A stretch of 57,912 bases of DNA, the filler included, from Sphacelaria rigidula (Eukaryota): the NCBI GenBank assembly GCA_964200075.2. It is 8 parts of 8 records of this genome, joined end to end, with 100 filler letters (N's around TTAATTAATTAA, not from the genome) between each part and the next. Parts side by side here need not be neighbours in the genome. Positions count along the whole stretch, not along the records: positions 36,260 to 43,410 come from CAXNAA020016236.1; positions 43,511 to 50,661 come from CAXNAA020016237.1; 6 more parts are not named here. One strand, given 5' to 3'. The notes under the pieces were generated by a model. It saw only the letters and a list, made by a program, of their open reading frames with translations. It was not told the origin of the DNA and searched no databases. This document shows, piece by piece, positions 36,352 through 48,415 of this stretch; position 1 is the first letter of the stretch, and every line of letters begins with the position of its first letter. A program made the translations under genes and the position numbers.

Positions 36352-39300
36352 TCATCTCTCCCCCCTCCCTCCCCAACTATAAGTTACTATATCAGCTTGA
36401 GGCGCCCTTTTCTGCCCGGTCGTCTTCCTCTTCCGCTTCGTTCTCTTCCTTCTCATGGTCTCCTTTGTTATCTCCTTCTGATCTGCTGCTGTCGCCGCTG
36501 TCGCCGCTGTCGCTGCTGTCGTTGCTGTCGTCGCTCCCCCATTCGGATAAGGCGCTATTCTCGCCACTGTCGCCGTTGCCCCGCGTTTCCTGGGACGGCG
36601 CGTTTTGCGGGGGCCGGCAGCCGTGTCAGCGGATTCCTTGCGCTTACTCCGAGCGGGTGAGGCATCGGACTCCCATGAGTCATACTTCTCGTACTGAGAG
36701 CCCCGGACGACCATCACACCCGGGAACACGTAGAACGGCGTCGTTTCTCGTTCGTCGGCCGTACGTTTTATGAAAATCTTGGCTGTAGCAGCAGCGGTGA
36801 ATCCCGCGTCGGCATTCTCCTTGGCAAGCGGGCGCAATAGCTCTGCACAGGGGCCGGCCGGTGGTACTGCAGACTGCATTTCTATGTTCGCCTGGCGCTC
36901 GTCGTTCCAAAGGGCATAGAACAGAGGGCACGTGTCGTCCACGCGCAAGTACAGTTCATCGCGTGTGCCACACATTTCTGTCTCCGACAGCATCTTTTGG
37001 AGCTGCTCGTTGTTTGCTATGTGGAGCATACGGATGTACATGTCATTCCGACCGTCGGCATCGAGGGAAGCGAACGCTTCCCGTCGAGAGCGGTGCACTT
37101 CGTATGTACCCCACGCTGGGATGTCGCATTCATTGACGGCGTAGCTGCGGCCTTCTTGCGGGAACAGGGTTTGTTTATTTGTGATGGTCGGCTGCGCATG
37201 GCAATGGGAGTGGTGGCGAGGGGCGACACAAGGGTCGGTGGAGTTCCCACATTACTATATCACGCGGTGAGGAGGGCAGTGATATCCACACGGTGGACGA
37301 AGGTGAAGATGGCACCACCCAGCGACAAAACTGCTCATAGCAGAACTATGGTGCATATACCATTAGGTACGTTTCAAACCCATTACTTGCGCACCTGCTA
37401 CCTCTATCTATCTGCAAGGGTTTTCATGACCTACTGAAGCTCTCGAAAAGCCATATTGTTGAACGAAACAGCAGATGAAGAACAAACATGGCGGGAACTC
37501 CACGCGGGCTTCATTCACCTTCAAAGTGTATCCAAAGTCCGTGCACAAATCAGTCGCGACCTTCAGAGTTGCGGCAGCGTCGTCGAGCGCGTCATCGCGG
37601 GTAGGGTCTGTGAGTGGGTGGTAAGTATGGCGCGCGCGCCCCGGGACTTCGAGGGCCTCGATACCTTCAGGTAGGTGACCCGGACGTACGACCACCTGCT
37701 CGACTAGAGACAGTAACGTCTGAGCACGGCAGAAACAATGGGAATGCGGGTTAGGGTGAGCGTAGTAGGTAGATTATAGCAGAGCACAGGACTTCCTTCA
37801 ACATGGTAAGACAGCACAACGAGCATGTTTTTCTTCCGAGAGTCTCGAACGTATTTGGCAGGTGCTCTTGTTTTTGATTCGACAAAACAAACACGACGTG
37901 TCTGAAACGCACACCCGCTTATGCGGCCAACCACACCCTGGGGTGCGTTTCGGACACGCTTTGGATGATTTTTTATCAGATCAAAAAGAAAAACGCCTGC
38001 CATAATTTCGGAAAACTCCGAATAACGTAGGCCTTCGCTCCGTAGGCCTCAGCAACAATAGCCATTTCTGTTTCGTGGAACCGAGACAGACCGTTTCTTT
38101 TGAAGCGTTTTTTTGCGTCTTTTTCAAGCCTTCCTTCCCCTCGCGGAGCCTCTTTTTGTTCAGGGGGAGCCCTTCTTTGTTTTTTTGAAAGCCCGCGTCT
38201 GACACGGTTAAGGGCTCGTGCAAACGTAGCGGCACAGACTTGTGGAACAGGGGAAGTATCTGCGTTAGATATAACGACAAGCGGGACCTCCTGCACGTCA
38301 CAAAACACAAAGCAACACAGCACAACAAGTAGAAGCACCAAGAGAGAGGGCAATTGATGTTCATACAGCACAACCAAACGCAACAGACGACGAAACACGG
38401 GTGGCCACTGGGGTCTGTGATCTGGCCATTTTGGGACCTTATCCACATTTGGTAAGGTCCGCGGATGGGGTGGACAACTGAAGAACATTCGCACAGCATG
38501 GGCAGGTTCGAAACAAGGCATGTTCCAGTCTACAGGGGAGTCACCCGCCTATAGACTGGGACATGTTTTGTTTCGATCCTGTCCCTGCAGTGCGAATGCT
38601 CTTCAGTTGTCTACCCAACCCGCGGACCTTGCCAAAGGTGGATAAGGTCCCAAAATGGCCAGGTCACAGACCCCAGTGGCCACCCGTGAATGAATGGGGG
38701 CTGACGTGCACCACAACACCGCGTTGTATTGACCTTGAATTTGCTGTCAGTGTAGGCTTGGCGGAAGCCGTTGTTGAGTCGCTCCTCCACAACACCCGTC
38801 GCCTCTGGGCCTGCCACGCACACCTCTACTCTCCTTCCACGTTCGAGCGCCCACCTCGACGACGCAGTGCTTTTCGGCACTCAAGCTAAGCACCGTGTCA
38901 CTCGGGTTTGTGTACCAGTAGATATATTTGTGTTATAATGTATCGTTAATCAACACGTGCACCCTATCTTACAGACCCTCGATCAAAGGAAATTACGTCC
39001 CCTGGGCATAGTAGTACACGTTAATATACAGATGAAGACAAATGACAAATATCAGATAACCCTTACATACCCCTCCTCCAACAGTAGTCGCCGCTCCACA
39101 CTTTGTAGCGCTGCATGCCCCCCTCTGCGGCTACAGTAATAGTAGTGATGACTCTCAGCCAAGGGCCCTAACAACGGCACCAGTTGAAAAAGACGTTAAT
39201 CAAGCAGGTAGATATTAAAACCCAACGACGACACAAACTACAGGAGCATCGTGCGAAACGCTAGGCCGTAGCCCCCCCCTTCAACACCAATAACAGCTTT

Positions 39301-40707
39301 CGCAGCTGCTGTTGTCATCAACAGTTACGCCGCTTTCTGTGGTAAGTTCGGGAATGCTACGAACGCACCTGTTCACAAGGAATTCGATAGTTTTTTTAGG
39401 GATATCCATCGCTGCGCCAGGATACTCGACGTCGTCCATCACGGCCAGTGGCGAGGGGAAGGGGTCGCCACTGAGGCCGAATTCGTCTGAAGGCGTCACT
39501 CGTTTGTTGCACGTGTACCCAGGCCCACCATTGTGTGCAAGCAAGATCGCGTCTGCCGCAGGTCGGAGATAGTGTTCCTTGCCTGCAGCAGTCCGCCCCT
39601 CCCCCCTCGTCTTGTACGTCACAACAAGCACCTAATCCTCAAGCACTAACCCCAAGTGTATCGTTGCCACAGCCGCTACATTATGATCAAGAAGTTCATG
39701 CGCGGGCGGATGTCGAGTTGAAGTGTTGCAACAAACATAATGAACGAAGCCGGTAAAAAAAGGCCACGACAGTACTGCCGACGGTACTGTACTGAGGTTC
39801 GCCATCGGCAGCAAAACGTGTTTTGGCCTGACTACAAGCCGTGTTTGCACGCACCTTGCAGGCGGTGCGTATGCAGGGGCCAGGGCTTTGGCACGAAGAA
39901 GACCATAGTGCCTTTAGGATGCAGCAGGCTGTGGGTCTCACGCATGACCGACGTCAGGTGCGCGTTCACTGGCTCCTCGTTTTTGAGGAGCCGAGGTTCG
40001 GCGCCGACGGAGACGACAATAAGCATTGGCGAGTCGGCGACGCTCAAGCTTTCCCGCTGCGAAGACGTGGTGGTAGGGTCAAGGGGGCGTACGCCGTGCA
40101 CCACGGCATTCTCGCTCCTGCCGCGACAGGACAACAATATAGCATCAACGCATACGTATACCCAAACCAAATGAGCGATAGCATGGCGGATCACTTCATT
40201 GCTCGAATAATTTTAATTGCCCATGGACACGAAGACAGTACAGTCAATGTGGATACGCGTCATTTCCATCTGTATGTTGTATGCACACGGCCACACGTTG
40301 TATATTGTAAATGAATGTAGACGAAACACTTCACAAGCTCCAATATCTCCCTCCATAGATAGCGGGATATACCGAGGGTGCCCCACAGTTCCACGAAGCA
40401 CACCCGAAACCGCGCACGACCAGTCCCAAACGGAGCAACACGCGACCACAGAACGGCATGCAATCACCTACACAACTCCATGTCCGTCGCTTGGCGGTTG
40501 GAGGAGGAGGGCTTGTGCTGTGGGACACTGGGATACTTCTCCTTTTCCCCCTTCCCCTTCTTTTTTCTCTTATTGACCTCCACCTCCTTCCCCTTCTCGG
40601 TGTTCCCCTCCCCCTTCCCCTTGCCCCCGCTGATGTCGTCGTCGGAATCGTCGGGCAGGTTGTCCAAGATACCACCGGTGTATTCCCCGAAGAAACCGCC
40701 GGCGTAT

Positions 40708-40739
<32 letters not shown>

Positions 40740-41700
40740 TTGTGGTTCGTTGTTCCCGTTTTCTTTGTCGTTATCGCCTTTGTCATCCTTCTCGTTCCCG
40801 TTGCCCTGCCCGCCCTCACCCTCGCCCCCGCCCCCGCCCCCGCCGCTGCCGGGGTTGTCTTCGCCATCGTCTTCACTGCCACTCCTGGTGTCCAACTCGT
40901 CGATACTACCATCATCATCGGCTTGCGTGGCGTTGTGGGCGTGGACTAGGTTGACTCTGTTTATGACGTCCTGGATTTTCCATTCCACGTGGTCAGGTAC
41001 GTGCGCAGTTTGGGGTCCTTCTACAACACCTGTATGGGCATGTTGTCCAGTCGTCGGGACAGGGGGGGGATGATGATGGATTGGAGAGGGAACAACACGT
41101 GAAAGCGGGGGCGGCGAAAGGTTCCTCGCCACACGCGGCAGACCGTGGTGCCTGATTTGAAATGTGGTAGACGCACATGCATGCGCAGTTCGCATCGAAG
41201 GAGATAAATTCGTATGTTACCTTTCTGACACGATGCATGAGCTTGCAGGCAATAATTGTTTTAATCGTACCCTCCAGCTCGTCTATCTCCTTCTTCTTGT
41301 CGCTCGAAATTGTGTTGTCGCCCGAAGCTATTTTTCTCACGAGCGCGTCTACTTCCTCCTTCAGTTCTTTGAAATGCGGCTGGACCCACGTTTCGCAGCT
41401 ACTGTACGACTCGAAAGCGAGCTTGTTAATCTTCCTGGAGCCCGGGCGGCAGACAGCAGTATAGCACACGCGCCATTAACTACATGCCAATCGGATATAT
41501 TTACGCAGCGTGCCGCGAGGGCGTGACAGCCATCAGCAACCGCCACCGTTCAACAACGGCTACGAACACACTCGGAAAACAATGCACCCGCCTGAGCACG
41601 CGGTTTCTAATATTATTGAGGCGGGGTTTACTGTTGCGGATCGCCCTTGGTAACGTCCACAAGCATCGAAAACGAATCGGAACATGAAGACACCTACACT
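36352..41700 (-). pseudogene. Decaying multi-exon gene: helical N-terminus, acidic/Gly linker, divergent beta-class N6A/N4C DNA-methyltransferase-like domain, SET-like domain, basic tail
   Basis: Exons ~41700-41221, ~41029-40335, 40117-39855, 39675-39369, 38915-38734, 37695-37519 and 37191-36352. Motifs VMRETHSLLHPKGTMVFF, DIPKKTIEFLVNR/YTNPSDTVLSL..WALERGRRVEVCVAGPEATGVVEERL, and LYLRVDDTCPLFYALWNDERQANIEM. Lesions: TAG at 39632-39634, acceptor TG instead of AG at 38916-38917, 1-nt frameshift near 38882, stop at 40464. Confidence 0.6.
38396..38688. mobile_element. 293-bp foldback MITE with CACGG...CCGTG termini (CMC-superfamily-like ends), intronic
   Basis: Arms of ~137 bp (cacgggtggccactggggtctgtga...ccagtcta / tagactgg...tcacagaccccagtggccacccgtg) surround a short spacer. 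AA on both flanks. Confidence 0.85.
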
Positions 41701-43777
41701 CTCCGGCTGGTGAGGGGGCTGGAGGCGCTTTTTTACGCGATTTGGCTTCACTAGAGCATAAAAAATGAGTGATTTTGGCCCCATGTGACAGAGGCACTAT
41801 CGCTGGAAAAACGGCAGAAATTTCGAGGATAATGCCCAAATTTGTTGATTTTCTACTTTTCTATTTGATGGAATGTGGCACAAATTTCAAACTTTGCAAT
41901 ACCCACAAACTTCAGGATCTCTAGGATCGTGGGAGACGTTGTCTGTGCATATGAAACTGCGCGAAACTGTATGTTCCAACACACCCCGTACGTTGGAGAG
42001 TTTTGAAAAAATGCAACCCACCAGTAGAAAGCCCTACAAACCCAGCAGTTGAAAGCACAAGGCACAAGGTCACAAGGTGGTGAGTGGCACTCTTGTTCAC
42101 TGGACTGGACAACCTCTTGCAAAAACACAAAGGATACAACGAAACGGCAGCCCTGAATTTAAACCAAGAAGCCAAGAAAAAAAACAAAAGACAAGGGGGA
42201 CACGAACCAGCATAGCATGCTACAACAGTACGTAGGAATTCGTGTGGGGTGTGGGGTGTGCTATGTCTCCTTTGAGGCGGCCTGAATTGATGGATTTCCG
42301 CTGGTTCTTCAGGCGTATTGAGGAATCTACGTGGGTGTGTATGTACTGGTGTACTGGCGGGGTTGTCTACCAGTACTTATGCACCGGTAGTACATATGCA
42401 CTGGCAGTACGTATACTGGTTCAGTGCCCAACTGCATGAAAAGTGCTTATTTTTCACATTCTATGAAAAACATTGGATTTTACTCATTCCGGGTGATCCT
42501 CGTTCGTAGCGTGAGCGACGCCACTCATGACCGCCGGAGAGTGCAGACATCTTTTTATTTCGAAAACGTTTCGATGCTTACGAAGGTTTTCCCAGGTTCG
42601 TCCTCAACAAAAATCTCATTCTCGTTTCTCGGGGACCGGGGTGACGGAGGACGCAAGTAAAGACACACAGCATCTCAAAATATACACGTCCACTCTCATA
42701 GTGCCCCCATCGGCGAGCCATGTACTCAACTCGTGAGGCGATTGGTCCACTTGTCCTGGGGCACCATTCCCCTGACGCTCAGAATCAGCGTGGCAGATGT
42801 TCCGGCGTGTTGGTCGATGCCCGAGAAATAGTCCGGCATGGGAGCCTTTTTGCACCCCAACTCGTACTTAGCGAAGTAGGGGGACAAGCGGGGATGAATA
42901 TCCAAGTATCAAGGGTTGTCTATTGCCCGATAAATGCTACCACAGCAGACAGTCAAGGCGTGCACGATGACCGCGCGGTGACGGTACAGTACCGTGGGAC
43001 GGTGCAGTACCGTCCATCACAGCTAAAATTCCACTTGACCATACAACAGTGTGTATGCTGTGCAGCAAAAACCATTCGCACACTCCGTAGTACACCACCA
43101 CTGTGCGCTGTACTGTAGTGATACTTCAAAAGTGGAATATTGTTCTAAGCATTCAAACGTGTACCGCGAAACCGTGCAAAAGCAACAGGGTCACAATGCA
43201 AGCAAACATCATGATGAGCATTATCAACAATATGCCAAAATGAATATATTTCGAAAAGAAAAACGCGTAACGGCCAAAAGCATAGATGCACCTGCCTGTG
43301 CGCAGGGTATCAGGCAGGCTGCATTTCGAGCGACGCCTCACACCATCACCAGTGTTTTCGTGAGATTGAGAGTAGATGATACGATTGAGAGTGGCTTTGA
43401 TCATTCGCTTNNNNNNNNNNNNNNNNNNNNNNNNNNNNNNNNNNNNNNNNNNNNTTAATTAATTAANNNNNNNNNNNNNNNNNNNNNNNNNNNNNNNNNN
43501 NNNNNNNNNNCTTCTGCGTATTGTGTATTCGGCATACCTGGTTGCGGCCGTGCAAGGGGTGGGGGGGGGGGGGGGGGGTGGGGGGTTGAACCCCTGCACG
43601 TACGCGGGGTACCATTTTTAGAGTTTCCTAGTCTAGTGACCTTCATGGGCGTCATATCGACCGAACGCACGGTAGCGGGTGAATGAATGTTGATATTTGT
43701 GTAATTCGTTGTGGACCCAAGGCAGTGGCTCGCATATGGAATAGACGATCGCCGACGATCCGTAGCCGCCACCATAC

Positions 43778-44882
43778 CTTCTTCTGCTCGACCATGATGG
43801 CATTATTGCAGTTTCGCCTCATGGTTTGGTGTCGCATCAGCAGTAGTGTCCAGTCGTTTGCCTGTCTTGTCTCCATCCGCAAGATCTCTCGTTGATGCTG
43901 AGAGGCCAGCTTTTTTGTACGGGAAGATAATTAGCAATTACGCATACAGAGAGGTGCAATAGTGACGATCAAGGGGCCACTAAGTTAAACGAGGGAGGGG
44001 ATTGAAACCTCCGAAAGGGGACTTTCGGAATTAAGCGCACCCGTAGTATATGATGGCGGTTCTCGCTAGCTCTGAATCACCTAGCATGTATCAAACACCC
44101 ACGACCGGTAATAGCCGAAGCCAGACAGCACAGCCTTGAGTCAGGTCTACCTACGTTGCATGACCATCTTTCACTGCGCAAGTCGACGGCACACTCGTTT
44201 CAACCGTGGGAGAATATGAGGCTCTACGGTACTGAAAATCCCAATGGATAGGAAGGCCATCGAACGCCGGGTGTAGGTCAGGTTCCAGGTGACAAGCGCG
44301 TGTGCTCTGGGGTTACCCCACTATTTCCGGCCCTGCTTGAGTAGTCTATCGCTACACTCTTGTCCACCTGATCCAGAGCAGAGCTACTTCCTCCCCATGC
44401 ACTAGCGGTGAGACCCGCGGCCACTTCTTCACGCCACTTGTCTAGGTGCTCCGCGTCCAGCTCGGCTGCCTTTTCCTCCCAGGCCTGTCGGAGGTAACGA
44501 ACAAAGATAGAACGTTCTGGCACATCTCACAAGGAGCCACAATAATATGCGAGATGAATAAACTCATGAATAGACAAAAACAGTCGGCGGTCCTGGCAAA
44601 TCTCTCTTTTTTTGCACCAACCGTAACTACCGAGAAAGAGGAACGATCGAATCTCAAGGCCCGATGACCAATACGTGCGTTGTTCGATGACAAAGAGAGG
44701 GGAACGAGGCACGTCGAGTACATTATTTCTCACCGCCGACTCGTCCAGTCTGCCGCCGTGCCGGAGACGCTTGGCATTCTTCCGGAAGTGAATGACCTCC
44801 TTTTTCGGCCTACGGGTGTTGAAGCTAGCGGTCTTGTTGTGGCGACACAGGTACCGTTTCGTGCACGAGCAAGACTGCACCC

Positions 44883-44923
<41 letters not shown>

Positions 44924-47900
44924 GTTTGGAGTTCCAGCGAAGGATAGAAACGTGTGAGCGTGCTCGAAGAATTAAAATGTCCAACGACAACACTAGGGTA
45001 TGCACGTCGTCATATCGTGCCACACGCTGATGCTAACCGTACAATACAAGGAACCGAGGATCGTGATCTTAGTCACTGCTACGAAATCATGAGTCGTCAA
45101 TAGTTCCGTATTGAACGTGGATAAAATCGCGTATTCAATGCCAAGAACAGTACCCGCTGGCCTAACGGTAGATCTCATCTCTCTGTTCCCAGCGGACACA
45201 ACGAAGACGTATCTACAACGTCCCGGTTTCCTCTACACTGATCCACCGATACACCGCTCTCTTGCCTTGCTCTTGCCGATGGCACGTTTGATAGCGTCGT
45301 CCACGAGCTGTGCAAACTGCTTCTCTTGCTTCCCTCGCAGAACGGACTTCGATAGCGTGCGTGAGGCAGGGTCCAGTAGAGCGTGGAAAGCAAGAAGCGA
45401 GCAGGGTCGACAGCACAGCAAAATCGTCACGTGCGATGTAGGGAAAATTCACGACAGCCAAAAAGTTGAACTTCCTTGTGACGTCAGATACCACCGTGTG
45501 ATTCCCCGTAAGTTTACCGCTGACGCCGTCACTTCAAAAACTTTGCAAATGTGTCCTTTTTCAGTCAGGGATTTCATTTTTGCAGTGGGCACATATCCCG
45601 AGGGTAATCCGTACGTCGACAATCCTTCAAACTGTACGGAAAATACTACCACGATAGGTATGCACTAGGGGAAGTCACTATTAATAGTATACCCACTCGT
45701 TCTCACCCTCTCGCGCTCAAAACCATCCCGCTTGTTCTTTGCGTCCTGCTCCAGCTCTCGCTCAAGGCTCGACAACCGATGCTCGTGTCCCACCGCGAGA
45801 GTTGCCAATTCTTCCTCCAGTACCCTCGAGTCTTCTTTTTCGCGCTCTCTCTGCATTTATTCATTATCCGACAGAACAACCCGCTAAGGGACGGAGCACG
45901 GTACTAGTCGATGGAGCGTGCGCTGCTCGTCATGTGACCTGACCATGCAAAACTTGCCACAGTACCGTGATCTAATATTTTAACCGTGCAGAACCTGAAG
46001 ATGTCCGCAGCGCAACCAACGCACTGCGCTACATAGAATGGATATCCCACAGTCGACGCTCACGTTTCGCCTGACGCCGCTTACACTCGAGGCATCGGCG
46101 ACTACCGTTATTGGCGCATGCAAAAATGCGCAACCAACCTCACCCGCAAATCGGCTCGAATCTCCTCGATGTGCCCATCAATCTCCATCGCCTTGTCCGG
46201 GAATCCCAGCCTGGCAACAATGAGCCGCTCTTTTTGCAACTTCTTCAGCTGGCTCATGATACCCATGTTTTCGTTTCTCAAGTCTTCGCCCCTCGAACTC
46301 CCGACCGCGCTGTAGCTGTATTTCCGCTTGACCTACGTGTGGTCACCAAGAATATAGGACGGGTTTACGTTTAGAGAAGCCATTTGAGACGCAAGACCAC
46401 CGGCAAAGTATGTCCATCGCCTTGGCCTCGCAGCACCCATTTGATCAGAGGCATATATATCCTCGTGCATGCTACTTCTTGTCGAGGCTTGACCGACCGA
46501 CGACACGTGCTTCACGAGGATGACTCGATGTTGTGTTTCGAGCTATAGGCACCACTAAAGAGTCCTGCATCGTCTGCTACTGCAGCCGCGCGTTGAAAAG
46601 GCCCAACGCAGAAACCGAGATGATCTCACGCAAGGACTCAAGATTGTCACACCGACACACGCTGTCTTGTCAAGAAACTCCGCGGCCGAAACGCGCGGCG
46701 CAAACCGTTTACTGTGGGATGACGGAGTGGAAGCTAGTGAAAGCTCTGTGCAAGCTTCCCCCCTGCAAAACATGTCAAACGAACGAAGCACAAGATTACC
46801 TGTCTCGAGGACTCAAGGACTGTCTCCCGGAAAACCTTCCGGAGCAGGCCTCGCGTGAGATCCGAGGCGATGGATTGCTCGTGGTGGGTTTCCTGGTCCT
46901 TGCGGTAGATTTCCAACGCCGTCTGCGGCGTAATTTACACGTGCGCGAAATGTGGAAGTCCGCCTGCGGTAAGACAATCATACCATGGTCAACGTCCTCG
47001 ACACAAGTCGAACGTTGTGTCTGGTGTACTGTGCGATGGCGGTTGCCGTGTGTTGGGTGCAACATCGCGCGCAAAGGCAGACAGCACAAGCACACCGACT
47101 ACGTACGCATTTCGAACAAGCGAGCCGAACATTGCAACTCGGCAAAGATGAAAGCTGGCCTACGACGTCGAGTAAACATGTGCGACGTTACACAGATTCG
47201 GCCCGCGAAGAGGCAACATATAGTATATGGCCCTCCATCTATGCATGAATCTTCATGCGCGGTATACACAGAGGGTCGTACACCTAGGAAGCAAAATCCA
47301 CTCGGGTCGAGGCTCCTTGACGTGGTTTTTGCCTGCTGCCAGGCAGATTCTGCCCGGTATCGCGACGGCCGTCACACGTTGTGGTTTCGTAGTTCCCGCC
47401 TTTTGTTTGCGAATAGCGCTAACGATATCTTTTTACACTGCCGCCGCCGTTTTCACATCCACAGCGGCGTCATCAACGAAATTCGCACACAACTCGCTCT
47501 CGACTGAGAAACGCCTGCGTCGTTGGACACTACAGTAGCTGTGGTCATTATTCTAGATGCTTGGCGGCTGCCTAGACTCAGAACATGAAAATATGCACTG
47601 CGATCCTGTTTCGTGCGCGAACCGGGGGGGTTTCTTACACTATGCCCGACAGTGAAAATCGATTATTTTGTGAGAATATATATATACATATATCACTATC
47701 AACGAGGGAAAGGGACGGTCAAACCCTTGTTCTCGCGATGTAAATCAAGGCAAATTTTTCGTATTTTCCCCGAGTCTTGACCTGGAATTTCGTACACACG
47801 TCCGAAACGGTCATGAGAAGCAAATAATTCATGCGAGCCATTCGTTCCAAGCCAATCGGCTTGGAGGTATACTACAGTAGGCAATGCTCACTTCTTCTTT

Positions 47901-48415
47901 TCTTCGTCATACCTTAAGCCCTCCCCTTTCTCGGGACGCGTCCGTGACCTCGGGATTAACCCATCTCTCCCCCGATACACGCATGACATTTTGGTATCGC
48001 GGGACTAGATCATGACTAACACTCCCCCACCGCGTCGACTTTTTTTGTTCCGCTACTTATGTCCTCCCCTTTTTGAAGACGGAAATCAGAGAGTCCTTGA
48101 TTATCAAACCGTATGAAGCATTGTATTTGTGGGGAAGCTCAAATCCGCCCCAACCGATGTGCAAGTTAGATCACCGGGGCGCCACATCACGTGCAATCCG
48201 AATCACTTGATATTGAAACGGCAACCGCAAACTCAGCTAACGGCGTTCGCTCTATATTCGCCGAGTAGACATATGTCGGAAGTTTGAAGATGAAACTCGA
48301 ATGTTGACCCCGTGGAATGTCATGGGATAGAATTCGAGTACCTCTCGGCGGACCCAGCTTGTTGTATCGATCGTCAAGGATCATTTGCGACAAAGTGGTG
48401 ATTACAGGCCTTTTC
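43778..48415 (-). CDS. Uncharacterised multi-exon coiled-coil protein with a Cys/His motif; 3' end beyond the contig
   Basis: Phase-0, stop-free exons 46922-46800, 46332-46144, 45850-45707, 45346-45266 (GC donor), 44874-44734, 44484-44368 and 43909-43778 give ...LKKLQKERLIVARLGFPDKAMEID..RAIGKSKSCSCTKRYLCRHNKTASFNTRRP..AWEEKAAELD... Likely upstream exons 48415-48342 and 48004-47913; possibly 49132-49001 (low confidence). Confidence 0.8.
44884..44922. repeat. (CAG)13 microsatellite, intronic
   Basis: Perfect trinucleotide run next to the acceptor at 44875. Confidence 0.97.

Noticed and set aside
31234-39634. RIP-like or methylation-driven C>T mutation (CAA>TAA, CAG>TAG, TGG>TGA stops)
   Set aside because: Nonsense changes arise preferentially from these codons anyway; no bias can be shown without a family alignment.
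46533-47507. 324-aa plus-strand ORF
   Set aside because: No recognisable motif; it lies antisense to the exons and introns of the coherent minus-strand gene.
43778-47560. Pseudogene or stop-codon readthrough in the coiled-coil gene
   Set aside because: The apparent stops (e.g. TAG at 46333) are splice acceptors or intronic; the spliced model is open.
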